NCBI GenBank assembly: GCA_009103225.1
Contig: RHPI01001559.1
Span: 190,274 to 254,273 of the forward strand
Reading direction: 5' to 3'
From: Chlorokybus atmophyticus
Taxonomy: Eukaryota > Plantae > Mesostigma and Chlorokybus algae
Length of the DNA stretch: 64,000 nt
In this document: positions 26,595 through 37,879 of the stretch, piece after piece
Position numbering within the stretch: position 1 is the first letter of the stretch
How the letters are laid out: each line of letters opens with the position of its first letter
Notes under the pieces: model-generated
Database searches by the model: none
What the model was told of the DNA's origin: nothing
Seen by the model: the letters and a program-made list of their open reading frames with translations, nothing else
Translations under genes and position numbers: made by a program

Positions 26595-29500
26595 GGGTAA
26601 ATAGAGCGAACTTCGTAGGTTTTTTTATACAGTAGGTTGTGGCGGCCGCTACGTTGTTTTTTTGGCGGTGATGTGGCTGTACGTTTTGTAGATAAAGTTT
26701 TTAGCTACACAGTGATATTTTTTGCACAAATTATGGCCAAGTGACGCGCTGTCATCAGGGCGCCAAAGTTGAGGTGTGGAGGGTGTATCTCAAAACCGGA
26801 TTTCACCCTAATTTCGTGAGTGAAAAGTACCTGTGGCAGGCATTTCGTGCACAGTGAGTGGTGTGAGAGGGGTTGAGGGGTGTGGGGCCCTATCAATGGA
26901 AGTATCGGCATGACAGGCGGTGCTGTCATGCCTGTTGGAGGGTTGCCGTGCATATTGGCTGCAGCCATTTCTTCACGCACGCAACCTTGCCGCCAAGATG
27001 AGTCAGTTTGCGAGGTTGTGTGGGCGGCGGCAGCGCTGATCATGGGGTTGAGCAAGGGTGGAGGGCGCACGCCATCAGCAGCATGCACATCAAGCAAGGT
27101 GAGGTGTAAGCTAGGGAGTGATGCATGCATGCATGTAATTGTGTTATGCAAGCTAAGTCATATGTACAGGGTTGCATGCAAGTTGCTGGCCTAGGGTACA
27201 TGCAGTGTGCGTGCGTGTTCTGCAACTGCTTGGCTGCCTTGATGTCTAGGCTAACTACTTGTTCTGTTTTGCAGCTCTCCTCCTCGCCTCTCTCGCCTCG
27301 CGCTCCTGCCTTTGCGCTCTCCAGCGAGCTCCAGCTTCCCTTGCAGCTGGGTGGGGAGTGAAGCGGTTGTTGACGTAGTCTTCAGCTATGTCTGCGAAAG
27401 GTTCTCCTGCTTGGTTGTCACACAAGACAGGGTCCCAAACATAGCGCATGAGAAGTGCGTTGGCCTCTGCTGCAGTCTTCTCCCTCTGTGCCTTCTCAAA
27501 GTGAGCTGCTGCCTCCTGCTCCTCCTTCTGCCTGTCTGCCTCTTGCTGCTTCTCCTGCTGTCTTGCCCTCCTCTCATCCTTCTCTGCTTGCTCCAGCCTC
27601 TTTTTCGCCTCGCTGGCGGCCTTCTTCGCTGCCTGAGCCTTCCCCTTCTCAGCGGCAACGAACTTCGCTGCCTCAGCCTTCTCTGCCCTGTCTTCTGCTC
27701 TCTTAACCTTGGCTTGGCGTTTGCGTTCCTTCTCGTTCTCTTGTTCTACTAGCATTGCATGTAGCTCATTACTGGTGAGCAAGTGGGCTGAAGTGACACC
27801 TCTCCTTCTCTTGGGAGCTTCTGTGTGGAGGGTGCAGTCTTCCACCTCTGGGTTCGTGGTATCCGCAGTAGCGTTGGCATCGTCTTCCGCATCGATAGCT
27901 TCCAGCAGAGCTCTCAGATGGCCTGCCGGCTGCACAGGGGGCAAGTACTTGTCCACACAGTGCTTGTCTAGGGGGTAGAGTCCGCATGCACGAAATCCGT
28001 TGATGATGTTTTGCGGGGAGAGTCCAACTCTGAATGGTTGCACCATCAAGCCTAAGAACTCATTACGAGACAGGTGGTAATTGTAGCGCTTGCGCATCCT
28101 CTCTTGATATTGTTTTCTGTACTCCTCCTTGAATGGATGGAAGCAACTCACATCTAGCACTTGCAGTCTGTGCGTGGTGTGAGGAGGAAGGATGAGGATA
28201 TGCAAGCCAGCATCTTTGGCGAACTGTATCATTGCAGGGTTGTAGCGGCTCACATGTCCATCAATGACCAGCAGGGCGGGGTTGGTAGTGGAGACCCCTC
28301 CCGGCATGTGTGCTACCAGAATCTTCTCCACCCACGCCTCAAAGATGTCAGTAGTCATCCATGCGTTTTCTTGTGCCTTGAAGCGTGCTCCAGCCACATC
28401 AAAGACCTTGTAGTCACCCGTGAGTCTCTGGCCCTTGAGAATGACCAAAGGTGGGAATACATATCCAGCACCACTCACAGCACACATCAGGGTCACATGC
28501 TCTCTGCTGCCAGTGGTGGCAGTTTGAGCCCACTTGGAACCACTGCAAACACACAAGCCATGTGAGTCAGAGTCTACCTCAGTTTGCATTGTGCATTGCA
28601 TGCAGCATGCCTTGCATCACACAGTGCATCTCACCTTGCCACTATTACTCTCTGATTCTGCATTGCCGTGTCAGGTTCCACACCAATCTCGTCAGCGATG
28701 ATGCGGTCAGGGCCCTTTCCCAACTTGTGCACAACCTCCTCCAACAGGTTAAAGTAATGCTCAACCACTGACCTGCTCAACCCCACCCTCCTAGAGCGAT
28801 CCAGAGGTTCAGCCTTCCTTGAAGTGAGGTTGTTCCTCGCTAGAAATGCATCACACCATTTGCGCCCAGGTAAGCCATGCTGCAGCTGCAGTCTTCTTTC
28901 ATCTTTGGCAAGCCGTTTGCCAACTTCAAGGCAGATCTCCGTCCATGCCATTGCCCTTCCCACTTGGTTTCGTGCATTCACATACTCTGCCAGGTCCTTC
29001 TCCTCTGCCTCGGATAGCGAAGAGGGAGCACCTGGACGCCTACACAGCATGCATTTCAGTTGGCAACTTTTGCACACTTACATACATTCACACTGTCAGC
29101 ACACACACTAACTCTACTTACTTGTAATGTTGCAGCTTGTCTGGGTTTTGGCAATAGTCGCGGAATGTGGTGTAGGGCATGTTGAGCTCTCTTGTTGCTG
29201 TGCCCACAGTCATACACCCTCTATTGACTGCATTCACCACACGGTTGATGTCTTCCAGGTGGTGGCGGTGGTTTATATAGCTGCCTCTGGGTCCCTTGTT
29301 GCTGGGTGTCTTCGCTCTAACACGCCCTGCATGCACATGCACGCAACAACATGAGTGACAACGGGTGGTCTGAGTGGCATGCAGGCCACAAGGATGATGC
29401 TGCAGTTCCAGCAACACTGCACACCCACCCGAACTCCCTTGCTGCGTGGCATAGGTGGAGGTAGAGGTAGTCCTAGTATGAGGTAGAAGTATGAGCTAGA

Positions 29501-30212
29501 CTGCCCAATACTATTCTTCTGCAACTAGCTACTCCTTGTTTTCTTTTCTGATTGCTTGCTTGCTACTAACACTCAAAACACATTGCTGATTGCTGCATTG
29601 CGGCTAACACACACTTGTATGCACTGCAATCTCACCCCAAGATGCCTAGCAACCCGCACTCAACCCACCAATGCACTAGCTCAACTCACAATGGCAATGG
29701 CTTGAGTGGGCTGGTCACTCTCACACAACCCATTTCAAACATCCCCACACGTTAGGCAAAAGCGCCAATCCAAAATTCAAACGTGCAAGCCAAGTATAGC
29801 ACATTTTGGTTTTTCACCATTGCGTCACGCGTTACCCCCATCACCCTAGTTTGATAACTTTTGCACCCCCGCGTCAATTGATGTGAAACTTTAGACATTA
29901 TCAAAGCATTATACAAGGACTCGTTTGCGCTTTACTTCACTTACTTCTGACAACTACAGCCCAAGATATAATCTGTCAAAGTTAGGGTATCATGTACACA
30001 TTTAGAATGTCATATATATCCCCTATTCAAAAAATGAAATAAGCCGCCACACAAGTCCGTTTGCTCTACTTTTTAGCTCTATAGAAGCCTACACTCATGT
30101 AGATCCTACCCTATAAGTATCAGACCAATCAGAGCAGAGATGCGCCTGCCAGAGCAGTTACGGTGACAGGGAACGAAATTAGGGCGTACTACGAAGTTCG
30201 CTCTATTTACCC
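26595..30212 (-). mobile_element. pogo-family (Tc1/mariner superfamily) DNA transposon, 3618 bp
   Basis: Perfect 24-bp TIRs GGGTAAATAGAGCGAACTTCGTAG, TA TSD (26593-26594, 30213-30214), encloses a transposase gene. Confidence 0.95.
27255..29452 (-). CDS. pogo/Fot1-like DD35D transposase (HTH_psq + CENP-B HTH + DDE_1), spliced
   Basis: VGTATRELNMPYTTFRDY (HTH), GRKWCDAFLARN (CENP-B HTH), IIADEIG, LLVIDGHVSR, LPPHTTHRLQVLDV with 35 residues between the second and third D. No stops in the main exons; first-exon boundaries approximate. Confidence 0.92.
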
Positions 30213-30267
30213 TAGCTAAGTGGTTAGGGTGTTGTGTTTGACTTCCAAAAGTCTTGGGTTCGATTCT
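30213..30267 (+). promoter_or_regulatory. tRNA-like Pol III internal promoter in element X
   Basis: A box TAGCTAAGTGG (30213-30223) and B box GGTTCGATTCT (30257-30267), 33 nt apart. The pogo duplicated the TA at the start of the A box. Confidence 0.65.
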
Positions 30268-31967
30268 CGGTGGACGCATGTGTTCGTGACTAATCATTTC
30301 TCCGCGGCGTCGTGCGCTGCAACCTGCGGCCCCGCAGGCCGGGCGTGGCCGGTACCGTTGGCTCAAGATAGAACACTTTTCCGTCATTTGCAATAACATC
30401 TGATGCTTATGAATAAATAATGCGGTCGATGGTGCGCTGGCCGGACCAGTCATGATTTAATGTACATTTGCATGATTAATTAAGTCCCTGGTCCGCTGGC
30501 TGGCTTGTACCAAGTCCTGACGCGACCGTAAACCGGCCGGACCAGACATGGTGCGACCCCAAAAAAACATGGGACCGTTCACGTGAGGTTTGGACCATGC
30601 ATGGTCCGACTGTCAATGACAGCCGGACCATACATGATCCACCGATTTCACTAAGCAGGGCACAATCCCGGCCCGAAGGCACGGACCATTCATGGTCCAT
30701 TAATGTCAAGCGGTGTGGTGGCGGTGCTGTAGCTGCTACCGGTCCTTGCAGACGGTTTGCTGCTCAAAAGTTGGGGCATGATGTCTTCACCGTTGATGTC
30801 GCATCGCTTGCCCAGTGGGACAAAAAGCTGCTCAAGGCGCATGAATACATAAGAGAGACCCTGACCACATGCGACAGCGAGCTGGCTGCCTTTAAACTTG
30901 CAGTGTTGCATACGCTACTGTCGTCACATTCTGCACAGAAGTCAGGTTGAAAGATTGAAAAGATGCATCAGCTCACTCATCTTGGATCGGCAATTACCAA
31001 TGGACACCCAAATTGCTTTCGCGCCAATTGCATGGAGCAGGCGCACGTCCAAACTATCAAACAATGGGCGCGTAGTGGCAACAATCGGGACTACCAGGCA
31101 CTCATATTAAAGGCATGGAGCTGCGTGGCATACGTGAGAGAGGATGGAATGGTCGTAGATCTCAAGATGCGCTCGTTCATGGCGCGGGCGCGGCAGCAGT
31201 GTTGTAATGTAATGGAGAAGACGGAGAAGTTGCTACGGATGGATGTGCTGACAATAAGGGAGTCCAGCTCGTACTGGAGCGGTTCAGCGCGTAGCCGCCA
31301 AGTCTCCCTGAAGACTCCGTTCGTGGACAAGCTGCCTGCCACCCTTGATATCTAGTTATCTAGGGAACTGGAGTTGGCCGACAGGTGGCGTGTTGTTCGC
31401 ATGGTGAACGGAGGCGTAGCGATGTACATGACATCAGGAGTCAGCATGGCGCAACCGGGATGTTCGATAGGCGGCCTTGGTTCCCTACATTTTTGGGCGC
31501 GTGGTGGTGTGGGGTGGTAGCGGCGAGCGCGTGTGGAAGGAGGTCGTGTTTGTCCGCTGGTACACGAAGATGGATGTGACGAGCGACATAAAGTGCATCG
31601 CTCTGGAATGGGAAAAGCGTCGAGGGGGTCAGCAGTTTTATGTCGTGATTCTGGAGCAAGTAAAAGGCATTGTCCAGCTGCTCCCTATATTTGACAGGAG
31701 GACAGCGCCCGTGTACAAGAGGGCAAGTGTTGGGTGTACTACCACATGACACACGTACTTGTGTCACAGCTCTGAGTTTGGAGCATCAGTCAGTTAGGCA
31801 TTGCTAATTGTATGCTAAGACTTTTGCGTGTGGACGTGTACATTGGGCAGCTGTCATTGCACAACCGTTACCACAATCGAACGTTGAATGCAACATTTAA
31901 CAATGAGTCGGCTGTGTGGCATTAAGCCTCAACACAGTGCACCACACTCAAACCTCATGGTTCCATG

Positions 31968-32771
31968 TCACAGGAGGGTCGTCACCGCACATATCATTGT
32001 TTCAAGCATGAGACGCCATATGCACTCCGTCATTGCGAGAGGAATTGCGTTCGCTATGGTAACGGCCGAAGTCATCCATGGCACTCTCAGCGCTGTTTGC
32101 CATGCAGCAATGCCGCCCCGGGTGCTTGGAAGGTCATAGACCGAGAACATTTGCTGTGGCGCGTTTATTTCACGATTGTCTTCTTTGCGCTAGCGGACGG
32201 ACAGGTGCGGTAATAGCAGTCCAACCGCCCTGTCACGAATTGGGATAAATTATGACAGACCTACCTCATGGTAGTGTCTTTTGCTACCATAGCCTAGTGG
32301 TCGGGCCCCAATTGTTACACGCCATGCCCGCGTGCGAGCAGCGTACTGGTGGGGTAGCTACTACTGGCTGTGTCTCAAACAGACGGTGTCGGAAGGTTGA
32401 TAGGCCAAACATCGTGCCTCAAAGGGACAGGATGAGGAAGCTGCTCCCGGCATATACTCAATCACAAAGTTGACCTGGCCTGCAAGCAGCAGATGTTAGA
32501 TAAGCGATAGCATATCCTGATGTCTCCAGAATGTGCCATGTGCCGCCTGTTGAGGTGCCGGAATAGCACCTGAATAGGCCTGGCATGGTGGACTGACCCA
32601 TATGAGCTCGTACTTCCTCAGTTCTCCTGCACTCAGGGTGCATACATCGCGGTGTATGAAGGGCAGCGGGTACTCAGAGGAGGGACTTATATCCATCCCG
32701 GTCAAGCCTGCGTGATATGAATCGACACTAGCACTGCCACTGCCGCATAATAGGTCAAGTGCCTTTGGTCT
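31968..32771 (-). pseudogene. C5 DNA cytosine methyltransferase of the short phage/bacterial type, full-length but disrupted
   Basis: RPKALDLLCGSGSASVDSYHAGLTGMDISPSSEYPLPFIHRD (motifs I-III), YELIWVSPPCQAYS (catalytic motif IV), HQDM...NFVIEYMPGA (degenerate ENV motif VI), L*GTMFGLSTFRHRLFET, and C-terminal WQTALRVPWMT...ANAIPLAMTECIW. Three in-frame stops, a frameshift and an 89-bp insertion. Confidence 0.88.
32231..32319. mobile_element. 89-bp solo LTR of TRIM type inserted in the methyltransferase
   Basis: TGTCAC...GTTACA termini, flanks CGCCC/CGCCA, internal hairpin ATGGTAG-n9-CTACCAT. Removing it with one TSD copy puts both halves of the MTase in one frame. Confidence 0.8.
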
Positions 32772-32899
32772 GCATGTTCAAGCTTGTTGTTAAAAGCGTG
32801 TATATGGTAAAGGCTGGCCGTGGTGCTGGCCGGGGACTAACAATGATGCCGTTCGGGTCTACTTTGCGACTGACATGCTCCCCTCTGGCGCAAAACATG

Positions 32900-33165
32900 G
32901 CGTGCCCCGTCAACTGGTGTGTACGCGAATACGTTGTGCCCTTTGAAATTGATGGTTTGTGGTCGATTACCGTCATCGAATACTATACGGTGCTGCCCTG
33001 CAAAGCCATTTTCCATTGCACCATGCACATGATGCGTCCTCAATCTCGCACGCTAAGAACCGATGCTGACCTGACGCTTGCTTGAATGATTCCACAACGC
33101 CCGCATACCATTCCCCATCTAATGCACGGCTAATGCACCATGACACTCACACCGATCAGCTGCTC
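32900..33165 (-). pseudogene. Tudor-like domain remnant(s)
   Basis: EQLIGVSVMVH*P / LDGEWYAGVVESFKQASGQHR / GQHRIVFDDGNRPQTINF across frameshifts, matching the LIGxxVxVxWPxDxxWYxGxV...HxVxYDDGD pattern. Confidence 0.65.
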
Positions 33166-33399
33166 GCATCCCAACTTATTGCATGAAATAAGCATACGCC
33201 CAACATAACATGCAGTGATACGTCGCTGTCCACTGTGCCGAATTATCTCCACAGCATCCACCACCTGTCCACTAACCACATGTCCTGGTGTTGTTCATGT
33301 GAGGAAGCGCATGGGTTCCCCTCGCCACTCGAACCATGAGAACGAAGCAAGAACGAAGCATGAGAAGCGCGGGGTTAGTTTGCTTATGTTCCAAGCTTC

Positions 33400-33790
33400 G
33401 TGACTCTATTACGGACAGCGTTACACGCTTACGCCCCTTCTTCATTGTGCATAATCGTGCAACAGTATTCAATATCATTTTGACATTATCCTGCCATTCC
33501 TGTCTTAGCACCACACCAACACCAACTATGTTAATGGACACTGCTATGAAAGTGAGATTGGCATGATAACCATCAATCTTCACTTTCAATTTAATTTCTC
33601 CTCTTTCTGGCAATCCCAGCACCGGCAGCTGAAAATGCTGACGGTCTGCACATTATTTTATTGCGCACAACCCATTGATCCTCTACGAAGTTGTGTGTCG
33701 CACCAGTGACAATTGAGAACGATTTATTTACACCCTGCATTGTGCCACTGAATGTCCACACCAAAGGTACCACTCGTCCTTGAAAGGTAG
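33400..33790 (-). pseudogene. Ty3/Gypsy-type aspartic protease remnant
   Basis: FSIVTGATHNFVEDQW (degenerate DTGATHNF) followed in another frame by GEIKLKVKIDG...FIAVSINIVGVGVVLRQEWQ. Confidence 0.65.
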
Positions 33791-34185
33791 CCAAGAGTCC
33801 ATGACTAATGCGGGGGTTGAACAAAATTGCTGACAATCGTATTGTCCCTGTTTCACGCTTGCTGAATTGTTTTAAGACAGTACCCCTTCTAGTATGCTAT
33901 CACCATGGGCCATGATACTTTGGCACCATCATCACCTTACGCAAGATTTTGTGCTTATTTGCAAGTTGCGCAATGCATGCAACACGTTGGTAAGCATGTT
34001 GAATTTCACATGTACAAGTACACAAGCATTATTTTCCACTTTTTCAATATAAAAAGTGGCAGCTTCACATGTGGTTGCCATGCATGTGTCATTACATGCA
34101 CATGGGACAAATCATCAAACCAGTCTACTGCCTACATCTCAAGCAACTGGCTATTAACCACTGTTACATCAGTCACGGCGTAATC

Positions 34186-35760
34186 CTATTTAGCTTTTTT
34201 GGCCTTACCTTTCGCCTTGTTTGGGCAGTTCTTTGCAATGTGGCCCGGCTGACGGCACATAAAACAGTTGCGAGCCGCAGCAAGCGCGACACCACCTGTA
34301 GCACATGTAGCACCAGTGTGGGGCGTATAAGTCTTCGGCTTCTTTGTCGCGTGTACACTCGGCGGAGGGTAATGCTTGCCTCCCACTCCCTGCGGCTTGG
34401 CCGCAGCTGCTACATGTGATTTTTGCTGCATCCCCATGTCGTCATTATACATGTATGCACTCATCTTCTGCAATGTGGCCAAGTCGGCAAGAACCCAAGG
34501 CAGTCCCGTTGCCGTGTTGTACTGCAGCTGATCGCGCACACGCGCATCTAAGCCGCGCTTGTATAAGTCAAACTGCTCGGCCTTGTCCATAGGCATCAGG
34601 CCACTCAGTGGTCGCGCCAATAGGCTATTGGCGCGACTTATCAATGCTTGAAACTCCTGCAGATACACTAAAGCGGCTCGACCATTATGTTGCAAATTGC
34701 TAAGCTTGTTGCGAGCTTGAGTAGCCGGGTCTATGCCACCATAACATTCCATCAAAAACTAGTATAATGCTTCTACTGTCTAATGCACCATCATCTGTCT
34801 GTCTCGCCCATTCGGAGTGTCAGACGGCATAAGCAATTCAGCAATAGCAATATGCTCACCAACTGGGCGTCTTGATGCTGCAAATAGTGCTTGACAGTCA
34901 CCACCCAGTCGTGGATGCTAACGCTGCCGTTGGGCTTGAACTTCGGGTTTGTTCAAAGCTGTAACTGGCAGCCCCGCTAACGTACTAGCTGTCGAAGTAG
35001 CACCCACCACCTGCTGGCGAAGCGCCACCAACTCATATTGCATAGCATCAAGGCGTTTTGTTAACTTGAACCCGCCAGCCAACTTGTCCTCCAAGTCGGG
35101 CCCCAAGTACCAGAACACATCCTTGCAACGCTGCGAGGTTTTCACCGCCAAGTTGGCCAAGGCTTTAAACGCCATTCACTTCCCTTCGTATGGGAATGGC
35201 TTATCACAAACAGCCATGAGAGCAGCCACTTTGGGATCGCCACGCACAAGTGGCGCAACATTGTTCATCAACATCAACGCGCTCAAGCATACGGATCATC
35301 ACCATTTCCTTGCTTGCATGAGGAAGTGTGGCAAAATCCGTTTCATAGCCATCCCGAACCTTCGGCCCACGCCTCTCACGTTTCCTGATGAAGCTGAGGG
35401 TGGGTGTCAAGTAGAGCCTTACGCTCTGAGGCATACTTCTCAATAGCCCCGCTAATGACACTTTGTGTGTCCATTACAGCTGATCCACTCAGAGTAGACT
35501 GGTTGGGGAAAGCTTCGCTATCATGCTCAGCTTCCTCCTTGTCACTCTCAGTGAGCTTGTAGCTCTCATTCGTATCCGAGTTCTCGATTTGTCATTACTT
35601 GATGGCTCGTATAACGACGATGAGTCAGGGACGGCGAAGTACTTCTCACCTCCCTCTCCTTGGTCAGCTATTTGCCCAAGGATATCAGCTGTTACCAAAT
35701 GCACAATTCACAGAATGTGCACTACAAAAAGTGGCAAGTCTTCGTGCTTTTGTCTCGTCA
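34186..35760 (-). pseudogene. Retrotransposon gag with CCHC zinc knuckle, degenerate upstream part
   Basis: QARNKLSNLQHNGRAALVYLQEFQAL (Retrotrans_gag pattern), LYKRGLDARVRDQL, CFMCRQPGHIAKNC in ORF 34186-34755; broken ORFs continue to about 35760. Confidence 0.85.
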
Positions 35761-37102
35761 AGTTATGAGGGGTTAACGTAGAGTATACAGCCCAAAAGAG
35801 CGTTCTTCAAACACCTCTTAACTAGACACTCACTTTAAAACAAACTGTACGCGAATGCACGCAACGATTCACAAGCTATGGCTGCTCAAAGTTTTCACTT
35901 TGTGCAACCCAGCTCCACTCACAATTACCATTGACACCCGGGGTGCCAAATCTCGTCGAATCGACCTTACAGGCCAATATCGTCAAGTTGTGAGTCTAAA
36001 GTTTGATATTGGCCACCAAGAAAAATCCTGGTGGCCTCACCGCGCTTACTGGCGGTAACGATGCAATCGATGTTGCCCCAAAGGGAATTGTAAAAATATA
36101 CTAAAACCCTTAAACCACCACGAATCCACGTGGTGGTCAGCACACAATGTACAATGTAGTAATGCAACAGTCAAGGCCAAATTTTGTGATTTTCATGGCC
36201 ATTTTAGGCCTTGTTTGTAAGGTGCATGGTTTTTATGACTTGTGGCGGATATCGGCGAGTTATGAGTCTGCCGCGGATATCGACCGGGGCCCCAAGACCA
36301 GTCCGGAAGGTGCCAGAAAACGGAGGGCCAGTCGAGAAGGGCTCGACCAGATTTCTGGAAGGGCCTGGCGCCAAGTAGTATAACTTGACCATATGAGCAG
36401 CAAATTAGGAGATCTTTGGTGCGTTGGAAAGGTCTAGAAGTGTACTACAAGATTCTGCAATATATATCTTAGCTTCTAGTTCCGTCTAGCGCTAGAATCG
36501 TCTAGACAGTAGCATGTGCAGACTGGTAGGTATAACAGTGACATTCTACAATTTGCAATACAACCTTTAGCTCCCTAGTTTCTTGTGTGCAAGCTTGGTG
36601 GTGGCTAGAAGGTGTTGCTAGCGTGTGTCCACTGGTGTGTGCTTGCTTGTGTGACGATCCAAGGCGCTACACAAGTCGGTGTGTAGCTTCGAGCGCATGC
36701 GCGTGCGTACGCGAGTGGCGGGGCGCGCGTGTGTGCTTGGCAGAGGGGGCAAGGTTCCGGTGTGAATACCGTGTCTTGGTGAGAGGGTTGTGGATTGGAC
36801 CAACTCACAGGACAAGGCACGAGCACCGTCACAAGTAATCAATATATGATCATTATGTTGTATGCTTGCATGCAATGGTTTAGGGAGGGGTCTGGATGGC
36901 CACCTCCCTTCACTGAATAACAAACTGGACTATGACAGGCAGGTTAGGCATGGCATGGCATGCATGGCATGACAAGCTAGGCTAGGCACCAGCAGCAGCG
37001 TTAAACCACATCAGTTAAAGAATAAATTAATAACTACCACTTATTGCCGTCGCCGCTGCTGCCGCCTGCCGCCGCCCCTCTCACAAGCCTAATGCCGCCC
37101 GC

Positions 37103-37472
37103 GCTCCGATACTAATGTAAGGGGGGAGTGCCCCTCCTCCCTATAATCCCCTACCCCAACACCACCACCAGCTACGCTGACGCCACCACCGCCGCCGCTA
37201 CCGTGGCAGCTGCCAGAGCAAAAGATACTCTCGCTATGGCGGTCGCTGCGTTATCAACGCCGCCGTGCGGCTGATATTGGCATGAGACATGAGTCTCATG
37301 CCGATAATATTAGTGTTACTTATCGTAACACTATATTAGGGCATTAACACTAGGTTAATAGCCCTAATATGGCTTTATTGGCTGTATAATCCCGTTGGGA
37401 CCCTTACTCAATCTAAATAAGGGCGGGGACCTCATTGCGGGTAGGACTCCGTCACACAATCCCCGCGTTACA
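37103..37472 (-). mobile_element. Putative 5' LTR (37472-37116, 357 bp) plus PBS of the gag-pro-Tudor-MTase element
   Basis: TGTAAC...TTACA termini; after a 1-nt spacer TAGTATCGGAGC (37114-37103), close to the tRNA-iMet PBS TGGTATCAGAGC; oriented towards gag. No matching 3' LTR found. Confidence 0.65.
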
Positions 37473-37879
37473 TTGGTAATCGCAGCTTAACTTCCCAAAA
37501 ACGTGGGATCAAGTCCCACCGGGCGCAAAGAATTGCGTGCGAAATGGTAGTTTATTGCGACCGTCGAAAACGATCCAAGGCAGTTATAGTCAAATGTATA
37601 TCCATTTTCACTAATTGCCTTGGATCGTCGTTTCAATCATACTTGAATTCATACCCATTCTCATTGGAGTTAACTGGACTGAGCCGGCGCGCACGGTCGC
37701 TCCTGCGCTCGGCAACGTGGCAAGTTGCCGTGGAGAATTACGCGGCATAACCGGTAATGGCTGGTCATGACCGGACGCGACCTAGCCCTGCCGGTCATGA
37801 AGGACCAAGATGTGCAGGTACAATTGCGGTTCAAGCTGGGTTGCATGTAATGCCGGTTAATGCGGAATAGGCTAAAAAG

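Larger units (their letters stand above)
25216..30717. mobile_element. Non-autonomous CACTA/CMC-like DNA element, copy X (about 1.9 kb without the nested pogo)
   Basis: Inverted termini CACACGGCTTGACGTT / AATGTCAAGCGGTGTG, 3-bp TSD GTG, subterminal palindrome GGACCAT(G/T)CATGGTCC and many GGACCA/TGGTCC subterminal repeats. Confidence 0.85.
24932..31749 (+). pseudogene. Plavaka-type (CMC/EnSpm-related) transposase remnant, 5'-truncated and split by the 25216-30717 element
   Basis: LAPDAMHVLGGIIDHLL (PDxLH..G..DH motif) at about 24930-24980; KIEKMHQLTHLGSAITNGHPNCFRANCMEQAHVQTIKQWARSGNNRDY at 30951-31095; C-terminal VVFVRWY...YVVILEQVKGIVQLLPIF at about 31540-31695. In-frame stops present. Confidence 0.75.

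Noticed and set aside
30213-30270. Functional tRNA genes at 30213-30270, 38925-42280 and 16225-16290
   Set aside because: A and B boxes are present, but I could not fold a convincing acceptor stem or 7-nt anticodon loop, and all three lie inside mobile elements; reported as tRNA-like promoters only.
32860-32905. HAMFCARG as methyltransferase motif I
   Set aside because: A much better motif I (LDLLCGSG) lies at 32759-32736, in frame with and at the expected distance from GMD and PCQ.
31750-34186. Reverse transcriptase, RNase H, integrase or tyrosine recombinase of the retroelement
   Set aside because: No YxDD, RNase H, HHCC/DDE or RHRY motifs were found in the frames I read, so the element cannot be called autonomous or DIRS-type.
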